Shown here in pieces: positions 12,683 through 22,610 of a DNA stretch of 64,000 nt. The notes under the pieces were generated by a model. It was not told where the DNA came from, made no database searches, and saw only the letters and a program-made list of their open reading frames with translations. Within the stretch, counting starts at the first letter, position 1. Each line of letters starts with the position of its first letter. Position numbers and translations under genes: made by a program. This DNA is from an uncultured Candidatus Rokubacteria bacterium (lineage in GTDB: Bacteria > Methylomirabilota > Methylomirabilia > Rokubacteriales > CSP1-6): assembly GCA_963747235.1 (NCBI GenBank), contig CAVVEU010000013.1:1-64000 (forward strand), in the 5' to 3' direction.

Positions 12683-12826
12683 CTAGGCGCGCTTCACCTT
12701 GACTGACCGCAACGTAACCACAGATTCCCCGCGAGTCGCCAGCGTCCTCAGCATGGATTGCCGTAGTACTTCACGCGTTCCACGTCGTACGGGGAGCGGG
12801 ACGGTGATTCGGTAGGTTGCTTTCAT
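12683..12826 (-). CDS. 47-aa basic protein, below the ORF-track cutoff
   Basis: GGAGGT RBS; MKATYRITVPLPVRRGTREVLRQSMLRTLATRGESVVTLRSVKVKRA. Confidence 0.5.
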   Translation of the reverse strand: MKATYRITVPLPVRRGTREVLRQSMLRTLATRGESVVTLRSVKVKRA

Positions 12827-12988
12827 GGTGTGACCTCCGGTCTAGGTTGTGGTGGACGTGTGGACCACGCTAGGACGCTTGCGTAAACTTGTCTACGATG
12901 CTCCCGACTAGCGGGAGGAAACAGTTAGACGGAGTAAGGACAGGCGACACCAGCGCGGGATCGGACCTCCGTGATAGCGTACCGATTC

Positions 12989-13480
12989 ATGCCAGCTATC
13001 TGCCCCGCGACGGGTCATGTGGTCGAGCATCTTGCCGGCCCGCGCTGTCAGGACCATGGGGTACCGTGGTTCTCGAACTGCGCTGCGTGTGATGCTCCGT
13101 GGCAGGTGGGCGTCGCGAACCGATCGGCGCGAAGGAGTCGCCTACACAACCTCGATTCGCCCGCAGAACCACTCAAGGGCTCAGCCCATTGCGCTCAGTG
13201 CGGACGGCCCGGTCCGTGGCTCGGACGTGAGGACCTCGTGACGTGGGTACGGAACCAAGTCCAGGCGTCGGAGGAGCTATCAGCTGCCTCGCGTGTGGAG
13301 CTCATGACGGTCCTTGACCGTATCAAAGCGATGGAGCCAACCAACACGAATGCTGCGTCTGGATGGAAGCGACTCTATGACCTCGCGCCGTCCATCTACC
13401 ACTCGACCAAGCCGGTGCGCGATGCCCTGATGAGCGAAGGCGTGAAACGCGCGCTTGATCATCTGCTCGGCCCGAGCTAG
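12989..13480 (+). CDS. DUF2321-like zinc-ribbon protein
   Basis: CPATGH, CQDHG, CAACDAPW, CAQCGRPGPW then helical C-terminus. Confidence 0.65.
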   Translation: MPAICPATGHVVEHLAGPRCQDHGVPWFSNCAACDAPWQVGVANRSARRSRLHNLDSPAEPLKGSAHCAQCGRPGPWLGREDLVTWVRNQVQASEELSAASRVELMTVLDRIKAMEPTNTNAASGWKRLYDLAPSIYHSTKPVRDALMSEGVKRALDHLLGPS

Positions 13481-13483
13481 ACA

Positions 13484-13975
13484 ATGTCCTTCCCCATGCC
13501 ACCAACTGACAATCTCTACAAGTTCATCGCCATTACCGGGCTCCTCATGATCCTTGTGCCTCAAGTGCTCTTCTGGTCGTGGACCTGGGAATACTGGCAG
13601 AGGGCCTTCGAGATTCAGCCAGCGCTCGCTGCACTAAAAGGGGAGAACGAAAGACTAAAGGAAAGAACGGCCTTGTTCGGGTTGGAAGTTGAGCAAGCAA
13701 AACGGACCAAGAATGCACGGATGCTGAACACGCTTGAGGAGAAAGCGGCGAAAAGCCTCGATCAAGCCTATGCGCACCAAGGAAAGGCTGCTGAGATTGA
13801 GGCCAAAGGCCAACTCTTGACGAAGATGGTTGAGCGGATAGAGACGATCGATGCCGCAGCGAAGGTGGGAGGTACTGTCGGGAGCATCTTCATGATCGTA
13901 GGTTTCTGGCTGTGGTACACGAAGGTTCAAGTTCACCAAGACCGAGCGTTGAGGCAGCAGAGTCAGGGTAAGTGA
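13484..13975 (+). CDS. Two-TM protein with intervening coiled coil
   Basis: PTDNLYKFIAITGL TM; coiled coil; GFWLWYTKVQ second TM. Confidence 0.7.
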   Translation: MSFPMPPTDNLYKFIAITGLLMILVPQVLFWSWTWEYWQRAFEIQPALAALKGENERLKERTALFGLEVEQAKRTKNARMLNTLEEKAAKSLDQAYAHQGKAAEIEAKGQLLTKMVERIETIDAAAKVGGTVGSIFMIVGFWLWYTKVQVHQDRALRQQSQGK

Positions 13976-14328
13976 CCCCCGCCACCGCCCACGTGGCTTG
14001 ATGAGTGGGCTGCGGACCTAGTCTGCCGGGTTTCGCTAGCCTAGGGTGGTGGCTCGGCTAGGCCATCGCGGGTTTCTGGCTGCTCAGTTTCGCGCTGAGT
14101 GCTGTCCTCGGGCTGATCACCCTAGTCGTTGTTGGCGTCGGTCGACTGGTCACGCGTGGTCGGTGAGCCGGAAGTCTCAGCACAAAGAGCCCGAAGGGGC
14201 AGCCTCAAGAGGGCGGCTCATCCCCTTCGGGCGATGCCGGGCGCGGCCGTAGCACCCGGGTAGGGGAAGCGTAGCGCTATGTGCTTGCTCGGTCTAGGGC
14301 AGACGACATTCAGGAAGGACATGACGGT

Positions 14329-14560
14329 ATGACAGCGCGAATGTTCCTCGAGGACTGGTGGGTATGGCTGACCGTCGGGACGATGCTCAAGCTTCGGATC
14401 GATCATGGCCTCACCACTGGATGCGCCGATGAGCCTGTATGGGGATGTAGCAAAGGCCGGAGCAGTCTGGTTCGCCTTGTTCTTTGCCGCGTTCTGGGTT
14501 GTCGCCATGATCTACACTCAGATCGACGATGAGATTAGGCGACGGAGAGACAGACGATGA
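14329..14560 (+). CDS. Small membrane protein (one frameshift)
   Basis: MFLEDWWVWLTVGTML/SFGSIMASPL...AVWFALFFAAFWVVAMIYTQIDDEIRRRRDRR. Confidence 0.45.
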
Positions 14561-14602
14561 GACACGTGAATCCACGAGCCTGTGACAAAAGGGGAGGAGC
14601 CG

Positions 14603-14964
14603 ATGGAGCTTGCGGACTTCGTGCAAACGACACTCGAAGAGATTCTCAAGGGAGTGCGCGCCGCCCAAGAGTCGGGCGGGAAGCCTGACAAGAAGCGCGG
14701 CCTAGTGAATCCGTCGCACTTGCAGGTTCGGCCGATCACGCGCCGAAAGGGAAGTACTACTCGACAACCGGAAGCACGCTAGTTCATTTCGTTCAGTTTG
14801 ACGTGGCGGTGGTCACAGAGTCGGGGGACAATGTGTCGAGCGGCGGGAAAATCAGCGTGCTTGGAGTCGGGATCGGGGCCGAGGGTTCGGTTGTGAGTAA
14901 GGACACAACTGCGAGCCGGATCAAGTTTGAAGTGCCAATCGCTCTTCCGACGGGAGACTACTAG
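14603..14964 (+). CDS. Trypco2-like (trypsin co-occurring domain 2) protein, frameshifted
   Basis: MELADFVQTTLEEILKGVRAAQ ... VQFDVAVVTESG..GGKISVLGVGIGAEG..SRIKFEVPIALP; GGAGG RBS. Confidence 0.7.
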
Positions 14965-15023
14965 ACACCGGCCCCAGGGCCTCCTGACAGGGAGCGTTTT
15001 GGGCGGCGTGTTCAGCTCCAGCC

Positions 15024-15536
15024 TTACTCACTCCCGATCTTGACGCACTGGCTCTTTCCGCTGTGCCAATACTCTCCCCATTCGCATAGGGGAACGTCCT
15101 TGGCCGCGGGCTTTTTCCCCGGGTCGGACGACGACGCTGGCGCGGTCCGCTTCCATCCGGGAAGAGTGGTGGTCGGGACCGCAGGGCTTGGTGTCGGGAC
15201 TGGCGTGAACTGTGGTGGTGGGGCTGACGCTGGCGGTGGAGCCGAGACACTCGGAACGTACTGCGGTTGCGGAACACTTACACTCTGCTGCCAACCACGC
15301 GCTCGCATGCATGCCCGCACCATGGTGTAGTCAACCTCTGGACCGGAGGTGCCATAGTAGCGATTTACATAAGTGCCGACGTGAGTATTCTCTCGTTGGC
15401 ACTCATACCAGTCGCGGTCAAACTCGACCTGCCCGTAGTGAGGGTTGGTGACGTTCGCATAGCGAACAGGGGGCGAAGCGCAAGCGGTTCCCACGAAGGC
15501 GGCGAGGAACAAGGTGAGCGGGCGAAGGATGCTCAC
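15024..15536 (-). CDS. Lipoprotein with Pro-rich linker and Cys-containing C-terminal module
   Basis: Lipobox GTAC; FDRDWYECQRE...CMRARGW; CEWGEYWHSGKSQC. Confidence 0.7.
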   Translation of the reverse strand: MSILRPLTLFLAAFVGTACASPPVRYANVTNPHYGQVEFDRDWYECQRENTHVGTYVNRYYGTSGPEVDYTMVRACMRARGWQQSVSVPQPQYVPSVSAPPPASAPPPQFTPVPTPSPAVPTTTLPGWKRTAPASSSDPGKKPAAKDVPLCEWGEYWHSGKSQCVKIGSE

Positions 15537-15580
15537 AGCCTTCGATACTAGCCGATGAGCTAGGCGGAGGTCCAGCCGCC

Positions 15581-16892
15581 GATCGCCCTCAAACCAAGTG
15601 TTACCGAAACGAAGGGGGTTGCCTCAAAACCGGTGTTACCAAGCCACGCACCGGAAAGGGGACCCCGTGACCGAGTCAGCGCGTCGGGAATACGCCGCGG
15701 TGATGCGCGTGCGGTATCAGCAGGCCGATCGACGAGCGCGCGGACGACTGCTCGACGAGTACTGTCGCACCACCGGCTGCCACCGCAAGGCCGCCATCCG
15801 GCGGCTGCGGCGCGCGCCCGGTCCGGCGCGCCGAGCCGCCGGCCGCCCCGCGCAGTATGCGGCGCCCGAGCTGGGCGCCCTCCTCGAGCGCGCGTGGCTC
15901 GCCAGCGATCAGCTCTCGGGCAAGCTGCTGCGGCCGATCTTGCCCGCCCTGCTCACCGCGCTGGCCACGCATCACGGCGTGCGGATCGCGCCGTCGGTAC
16001 GCGCCGCGCTCACCCGCGCGAGCGCGGCCACGCTGGACCGGCTGCTGCGGCCCCTGCGCCGGCGTCGCCCGCGGCAGCCCCGCCGGCTCGCGCCCGCCCT
16101 GGCCTCCCTGCGCGCCCAGGTGCCCGTGCGGACCTGGAGCGAGTGGGCCGGCGTCCCGCCGGGCGCCCTGCAAGGCGATCTGGGGTTGCACTGTGGCGAG
16201 ACCACCGCGGGCCGCTACTGCGCCACGCTCGTCGCCATCGACGTGGCCACGAGCTGGACGGAGCTGCAGGCCCTCCTCGACCTGCACCACCAGCGCGTGA
16301 CGGGGGCCATCCAGCACCTCGCCCAGCGCCTGCCCTTCCCCCTGCGCGCCTGGCATAGCGACAATGGCAGCGAGTTCATCAACGCCGCCTTGCTCGGCTG
16401 GTGCCGCCACCACGGGGTCCGCTTCACCCGCGGGCGGCCCTATCGCAAGAACGACCAGGCCTGGGTCGAGCAGCGCAACGGCCTGCTCGTGCGCCGCCTC
16501 GTCGCCTACGACCGCTACCGCACCCGCGCGGCCTGGGCCGTCCTGCAGCGTCTCTACGCCCTGCTGCGGCTGCAGCACAACTTCTTCCGGCCGGTCCGCA
16601 AGCTGTGCAGCAAGCGGCGGGTCGGGAGCAAGGTCGTGAAGCGCTACGATGCTGCGCAGACCCCGTACCAGCGGGTGCTCGCCGCCGGCGGGCTCTCTAC
16701 CGAGCAGCAGCAGGCGCTGGCCGCGCAGTTCGCCGCGCTCGATCCCATCGCCCTGGCTCGGGACATTCAGCACACCCTGGACGTGCTCTGGAAGCTCGCC
16801 GATACTCGCCCCTGCGCCAGGAGGCCGCCCGTGGGTAACACTATTTTGAGGCACCGACCCCGTCGCTCAGTAACACCTACTTCTGAGGCATC
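15581..16892 (+). mobile_element. Insertion sequence (ISNCY-like, DDE/rve transposase) with doubled terminal motifs
   Basis: Two GCCTCAAAA-N-GTGTTAC-type motifs at 15585-15640 and two inverted copies at 16834-16890; host-like GC. Confidence 0.8.
15668..16838 (+). CDS. DDE transposase (integrase core); likely stop at 16836-38 after a frameshift
   Basis: GRLLDEYCRTTGCHRKAAIR, DLGLHCG, HSDNGSEFIN, RPYRKNDQAWVEQRNG, YDAAQTPYQR. Confidence 0.88.
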
Positions 16893-17478
16893 ACGGCCCC
16901 GCTCTCCCTCGCGGTACTTCGGTTGCTTCACCTTGAGCCACTTGAGGGTCCGCCCGGCCGACGTAAGGTGACTCCGGGTCCTTCGCCACCATCCCCTCGT
17001 AGCCGCGGTGTAGGACCTCGGTCCACGCAGCGAATCCGTTCGGACTGAGCCGCCGCGCCGGTAGGATGAGCGTCTGACCCTCGCACGAGCTTCTCTAGGG
17101 CCTTCCTGCGGACCTTCAAGGGCTCGGGCCGGTAGTCCTTCTCTCCAAGCTGCAGAAGGTCGAACACCATGAAGAGCGGGGGAGTCGCGAGGTCTCCGTG
17201 GTTGATGTGCCGGAGCCACTCGAAGCGGGAGACTAGCTCGGCGTCGAACACCGCCACTTCGCCGTCGAGGGTGAGGGTCTTGGGCTTGAGTGCCGCGAGG
17301 GCCTCGGCTATCGCGTGAAACCGCTTGGTGTGGTCCCGGCCGTTCCGGCTGATGAGCTGCACGCCGCCGGCTTCCTTGACCGCGAGCATGCGCCACCCGT
17401 CGTACTTCTCCTCGTAGACCCACCCTTCGTGTGGAACGGGCGCGGAACCTGGGTGGCGTGCATGAGCGGAGCCAGCAC
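16893..17478 (-). CDS. ATP-dependent DNA ligase adenylation domain (LigD-like), frameshifted, 3' end abuts the IS
   Basis: YEEKYDGWRM, ISRNGRD, LDGEVAV, FMVFDLL, EGMVAKD, WLKVK. Confidence 0.8.
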
Positions 17479-17479
17479 G

Positions 17480-18100
17480 TCAGCGTCTCAGAAGGCAGCG
17501 TCCTTGGTGATTCCCTTCGAGACTTCTGAGGACCGGAACGACGTTGTGTTTCTGTGCATGGTCCCCGATCTGTCGGTTGACATCTTCAAAGTCTGAACGA
17601 TTCCGTATGAGAGCCCACTGTGCCGCCAGCTCTTTGCTTTCGCGGTCTGAGAGATGAGGCGATAAGAGGGTGGCGCGGTGGCGAAAGCATCGCTCCATGC
17701 TTCGGCTCGTGGTCGTGGCGAAACCGATGAATACGAGCGCCGTGGCGGTGCCAAGGGCGAACCCCACCAAAACGGCAGTGATGCCCCAGCGTAACCTCGA
17801 CTCGGGCCTCGGGAACCGCCAGTCAAGGTATGCAACGGCACTGAAGATGAATAGAACGGCCAGGGTTGGGAGGACCAGATCAGAAGTTGTCCCGGGGTTG
17901 GCCGCATCCGAGTAGATGCGATTCGAGAGACCCTCAGACAATCTACCGGCTACACTGAGAAACGCCGAAGGAATGCTCTCGAGAACGGGACGAACGATGT
18001 AGGCGAGCAGCGTACCGGAGACGATCCCGATGAGGATTCCCTTCCACGTCGCCCGCTCGATCACGCCCGAAAGGGTAAGCGATGGTGAGTTGGTCAACAA
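17480..18100 (-). CDS. Hypothetical membrane protein (about 3 TM)
   Basis: 206-aa ORF with hydrophobic segments; stop adjacent to ligase start. Confidence 0.6.
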   Translation of the reverse strand: MLTNSPSLTLSGVIERATWKGILIGIVSGTLLAYIVRPVLESIPSAFLSVAGRLSEGLSNRIYSDAANPGTTSDLVLPTLAVLFIFSAVAYLDWRFPRPESRLRWGITAVLVGFALGTATALVFIGFATTTSRSMERCFRHRATLLSPHLSDRESKELAAQWALIRNRSDFEDVNRQIGDHAQKHNVVPVLRSLEGNHQGRCLLRR

Positions 18101-18228
18101 GGTGGTCCTTGTCCCTGCTACCGCCCTCTGCTACTCTGCCCATATCGCGTCGAGTGAAGAAGGGCTGAGGACGCGCGTAGTTACGAGTAGGTCAGGAACG
18201 TGGCTCTCGAATCCCGTTGGGGCCACCA

Positions 18229-18325
18229 CTACTCTAGCACTGCCGAAGGTGCCCGCCAGGAGGCGGCCGAGCGTCGCCTCCCCCTCGTACTCGTCGATCC
18301 GACCAGCGCGCGGCGTGAATGTCAT
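18229..18325 (-). pseudogene. Second recombinase C-terminal remnant reading into the att copy
   Basis: MTFTPRAGRIDEYEGEATLGRLLAGTFGSARVVVAPTGFE. Confidence 0.55.
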
Positions 18326-19269
18326 GGCCGCTGGCCGGGCCGCCGCGCCGACACCATCTCGGCGACGCCCCCGGGCATGAACCGCATCGAGAGCACGAGG
18401 AGCGCTCCGAAGACCGTGAGCACCAGATCGCGGGACACCATGCTGGCGATGTCGGGCCAGAACTGAAGGAAGAGTCCTCCGGCCACGGCGCCCCAGACCG
18501 ATGTCATGCCGCCGAACACCGAGCCCACCAGCAAGAGGATCGAGAGCCAGTAGGTGAAGCTCTCGGGCGCGATGAAGTCGAGGAGCAGTGCCGCGAGTGC
18601 GCCGGCCACACCCGCGTACGCCGCCCCCACCGCGAAGGTCAGCGCGGTGTACTGGGCGACGTCGATCCCGAAGGCCTGGGCCGCGATCGGATGGTCGCGC
18701 ATGGCCCGGATGGCCCGGCCCGTGCGGCCGGCAACCAGGTTCCGCGCCATCCACAGCAGCAGGGCGAGGATGCCGAGGGTCACGAAGTACCACCACTGGT
18801 CCTGGCTCAGGGGCAGGCCGAGCGGCGCGCTGGGCCGATCCAGGTAGAGCCCCTGCACGCCGCCCGTCCAGGGGCTCAGATAGCTCGACTTGAGCGTCTG
18901 CGGCACCGCGAGGGCAAGGGCGAACGTGGTCAGGGCGAGGTGGAAGCCGGCGAGCCGCGCCACGACACGCCCGAACAGGTACCCGGCGACCAGGCACACG
19001 AGCGCGGCGGCGAGGATTCCCGCGTAGGCGGACATGCTCCCATGGCGCATCAGCACCGCCAGGGTGTACGCACCCAGCCCGTAGAACGCGCCATGTCCAA
19101 GCGAGATCAGCCCCGCCTGGCCCGCGATCAGGTTGAGGCCGAGGATGGCGATCGCGTGCGTGGCGGCAAAGGCAAGCTGGTAGGTCCGGAAGCCCCACAA
19201 CAGGAACGGGAGCGCGATCGCGCACACGGCGAGCAGCACGACGGCGAGGCGGCGAGGACTACCTGACAA
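18322..19269 (-). CDS. Branched-chain amino acid ABC permease (LivM-like), orphan
   Basis: LGLNLIAGQAGLISLGHGAFYGLGAY, TGRAIRAMRD. Confidence 0.88.
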   Translation of the reverse strand: MSGSPRRLAVVLLAVCAIALPFLLWGFRTYQLAFAATHAIAILGLNLIAGQAGLISLGHGAFYGLGAYTLAVLMRHGSMSAYAGILAAALVCLVAGYLFGRVVARLAGFHLALTTFALALAVPQTLKSSYLSPWTGGVQGLYLDRPSAPLGLPLSQDQWWYFVTLGILALLLWMARNLVAGRTGRAIRAMRDHPIAAQAFGIDVAQYTALTFAVGAAYAGVAGALAALLLDFIAPESFTYWLSILLLVGSVFGGMTSVWGAVAGGLFLQFWPDIASMVSRDLVLTVFGALLVLSMRFMPGGVAEMVSARRPGQRP

Positions 19270-19285
19270 GGCCGCTCGGCGCGCG

Positions 19286-21082
19286 CTACCAGGCCAGGGC
19301 GTAGGTCGGCCGGCGTGGATCCGCGCCGGCGGACAGCACGCCCGTCGCCGGATCCCGGCTCGTCACCACGGCGCCGACGCCGCACGCGCCGATCTCGGAC
19401 ACGGCGTGACCGAGCGCGCGCAGCTCTCCGCGGGTGTGCTCGGGAATCCCCGCCTCCACGTTGAGCTGGCCGGGCCGGTACACACGCGGCCAGAACGAGT
19501 TGACGAGCGTCTGCGTCGAGAAGCGCGGAGCCTCGACGGCCTGCTGGGGATTCATCCCCCAGACGAGCAGGTTCAGCACGATCTGTAGATTTGCCTGCGC
19601 CTGGTCGTCGCCGCCTGGGCAGCCGACCGTCGTCACCGGCACGCCGTCCTTGGAGATCAGGTAGCTGATGAGTGTCGTGCGGGGGCGCTTGCCCGGCACC
19701 AGGCCGTTGGGATGGCCGTCCTCCAGCACGAACATCTCGCTGCGCGTGCTGAGCGTGCACCCCAGCTCCGGCACGAAGGCGGACTTGCGGAACACGCCGC
19801 CGCTCGGCGTCAGGCAGATCATGGTGCCGTCGCGATCGATGGCCGCGATGTGCGTCGTGCCGTCGGCGGCCGGCGCCATGCCGCTCGCCGACGGCGAGGC
19901 CGCGCCCGCGTGCGGGCGGGCGCCCACCGCGGCCGAGCCGGGGTGGAGCGGGTCGCCCGGCGCGGGCGCTTCGGGCATCGCACGGTCCATGCGGATCAGG
20001 GCCGCCCGCTCGCGCGCGTACGCCGGCGCCAGCAGGGCCGCGAGCGGGACGGGGGCGTCGCCGTAGTGACGCTCGCGGTCGGCGAACGCGAGCTTCAGCG
20101 CCTCGGTCACGAGGTGAATGTAGCGCGAGGAGTTGTGACCCATCGCGCGCAGGTCGAACCCCGCCAGCATGGCGAGGGCCTGCAGGAGCACGGGCGCCTG
20201 GGTCCACGGACCCTGGCCGAGGATCTCGCGTCCGGCGAACGCGACCGAGACCGGCGCTTCCAGCCGCGTGCGGTAGGCGGCCAGGTCGCCGGCGCGGAGC
20301 AGGCCGCCCACGCGCTCGGAGAAGGCGCCGATCGTCGCGGCGATGTCGCCGCGATAGAAGCGCTCGCGCGCGGCGGCGATGCCCGCGACGCGATGGCCGC
20401 GGGCCGACGCGTCGGCCTCGACGAGCCGCTCCAGCGTCGCGGCGAGCGCCGGCTGGTGGAACAGCTCGCCGACCGCGGGCACGCGGCCGTCGGGATAGAA
20501 GACGTCGGTCCCGCCCGGCGGGTAGAGGTCGAACTGCGTGCGGCTCTCGGGGATGGCCAGCATGCGGTGCATGTACTCGTACATCGGGAAGCCGCGGCGC
20601 GCGTAGTGGACGGCAGGCGCGAGCACCTCGGCGAGCGTCCGGGTACCCCTGGTCTCGAGCAGCGTCAGGTAGGCGTCGACGGCGCCCGGCACGGTGAACG
20701 ACAGGTGAGCGTCCGCGCCCGGGCCGGTCGGAATGCGATCGAGGCCCCGCCCGCGGAAGAAGGCCACCGTCGCCAGCTTCGGCGCGACGCCCTGGCCGCT
20801 GACCGCGACCGTCTCGCGCGTGCGTCCGTCGTGCACGAGCGCCACGCACTCGCCGCACAGCGTGTAGGACGCGGTCGGCTCGACGACGGCCGCGGCGAAG
20901 CCGGCCGCCACCGCCGCGTCGACGGCGTTGCCGCCGGACAGGAGCATGCGCATGCCGGCCATGGACACCAGCGGGTGTCCGGTGACGACGACGCCCTGCG
21001 TCCCCGCGACGACGGGCCGCGTCGTCGCCCAGTCGGCCGCGTGATGCTCCATCTCGTGAACGCGTGGCAGCTGGTTGGTCAT
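19286..21082 (-). CDS. ggt: Gamma-glutamyltransferase family protein
   Basis: GGNAVDAAVA, TVPGAV, KLAFADRE, DGTTHIAAID (Thr nucleophile), PGKRPRTT, GADPRR. Confidence 0.9.
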   Translation of the reverse strand: MTNQLPRVHEMEHHAADWATTRPVVAGTQGVVVTGHPLVSMAGMRMLLSGGNAVDAAVAAGFAAAVVEPTASYTLCGECVALVHDGRTRETVAVSGQGVAPKLATVAFFRGRGLDRIPTGPGADAHLSFTVPGAVDAYLTLLETRGTRTLAEVLAPAVHYARRGFPMYEYMHRMLAIPESRTQFDLYPPGGTDVFYPDGRVPAVGELFHQPALAATLERLVEADASARGHRVAGIAAARERFYRGDIAATIGAFSERVGGLLRAGDLAAYRTRLEAPVSVAFAGREILGQGPWTQAPVLLQALAMLAGFDLRAMGHNSSRYIHLVTEALKLAFADRERHYGDAPVPLAALLAPAYARERAALIRMDRAMPEAPAPGDPLHPGSAAVGARPHAGAASPSASGMAPAADGTTHIAAIDRDGTMICLTPSGGVFRKSAFVPELGCTLSTRSEMFVLEDGHPNGLVPGKRPRTTLISYLISKDGVPVTTVGCPGGDDQAQANLQIVLNLLVWGMNPQQAVEAPRFSTQTLVNSFWPRVYRPGQLNVEAGIPEHTRGELRALGHAVSEIGACGVGAVVTSRDPATGVLSAGADPRRPTYALAW

Positions 21083-21207
21083 GCGGGCGGTGCCTCCCGC
21101 GGCAATCCTGGCACAGCGACACGGCGCGCGTCAAAAGCGCTCAACCCACGCTCGAGGATCTCCGTGGCGACCCCTAGTAGAGGATGGGCCCCGAGGGGAG
21201 GTAGAGC

Positions 21208-22073
21208 TCAGGGCGGCCGAACACTGCGAGGCCATGAACAGCGTCGGGGCCGCCGATGCGGAAGCCGGAGCCGACCAGCGCCTCGAGCAGGGAAGCGCAG
21301 GCCCCGGGGACGCGGATCGTCACGCTTCCTCCGCCGCCCGCGCCTGCCGCCGCCGCGGCCGCCACCGCCCGGAGGAAGCGCCGTCTCGTCGCGGCCTGCC
21401 GCCGGCCCGATCCGCTCCCCCCGCCGGTAGGCGAAGGCGGCGACCTCGCCGCCGCGCTCGATCGCCACCGCCGCACCGCCGTCGCCCCGCACAGTGGGCC
21501 AGGTCGTCGGCGCGGCCGTGGCCGAAGACCTCGGCGGTCAGCTTCTCCGCGGCGCCGGGATCGCACGGCAGCTCCCGCTCCCGCGGGTCGAGCCCGACCC
21601 GCGCCTTGAGTCGCGCCACCGCGGCGGCATCCCCATCCAGGCGGTAGATCGGCCAGCGCGGCGCCATCCCGGCCATCACGTAGCGAGCCTGGGCGCGCGG
21701 GTCGAGCGTCGCCAAGGTGCAGCGGATCTCCGCTCCGCGCGCCTCGCCGTAGGCCAGCGCCCGCTCGAGCAGCGCCCGCCCTAGGCCCCGCCCCTGGTCG
21801 CCGGGAAGCACGAAGAACATGGACAGGTACCACACCCGGCCGCGGACGAGGGCCGAGACCATGCCACGGATCCGCCCGTCCTCGACGGCGCAGAAGTAGC
21901 CGTCGGGGTCGCTGGCCAGCCCCGCTCGAGCATCGCTCGCCACCGGCGCGTCGGCGGGCCTGTCGCCGGCCTGGCCTCTGCGCACCATTCCGTCGTGGCT
22001 CGAGGCGACGTGCACCCGCCAGACCTCCTCGAGCTCGTCCGGCCGGACCTTGCGGATGTGCGGCTGCGCTCAC
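21208..22073 (-). CDS. GNAT N-acetyltransferase (tandem GNAT-like), frameshifted
   Basis: WYLSMFFVLPGDQGRGLGRALLERAL acetyl-CoA motif. Confidence 0.8.
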
Positions 22074-22610
22074 CGGCGCGTCTCCAGCGGGCTCGTGGCA
22101 CCTCGCGCAGCCACTGGAGGAAACGCCAGCGGTGGCCCTCGAGGTCGAGCGCCTCGTAGACGCGATAGTCCCGCAAGTGATCGTGCAACCGGCTCACGAT
22201 CTCGTGCCCCCGAGGCGAGCGCGCGCTGGTGGTGCGCGTCGATGTCGTCGACGTGCACGCGTGATGTACTGGCTCGCGGTGCCGGCCCTCTTCGGGCTGA
22301 ACGCGCCATGGGCGCCCTGCGCGCCGAGCCCGATCATGCCGTCACCGAACTCGACCATCGTGTGGTCGATCGCGCCGTCCGCGCGCACGCCCCGCGCGGC
22401 CGGAACCTCGCGGAACCCGAACGCACGCTCCAGGAACGAGAGCGCGGCACCGACGTTCTCATACGGAAGCCGTGGAATGATCGTTGGTCGTCGCATGGGC
22501 TGGACCTCCTGCCGGATTGCCGCCATGAGCGCCGCCTTTCCCCGGTCGAGCGCCGCCGGCTCGAACGCGGCCTCGCGCCGCAGCTTCCTCGCCAGGTCGA
22601 CCGGCTTCAT
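22070..22610 (-). CDS. VOC/glyoxalase-bleomycin-resistance domain with N-terminal helical extension
   Basis: IIPRLPYENVGAALSFLERAFGF, VHVDDIDAHHQRA, YEALDLEGHRWRF. Confidence 0.8.

Larger units (their letters stand above)
12418..18228. mobile_element. Genomic island integrated at the tRNA-Glu 3' end
   Basis: 22-bp direct repeat TCGAATCCCGTTGGGGCCACCA at 12418-12439 and 18207-18228; interior lower GC with orphan genes. Confidence 0.88.

Noticed and set aside
13972-14166. Hydrophobic reading frame after the TM coiled-coil gene
   Set aside because: It is interrupted by a stop and frameshifts and is too degraded to call.
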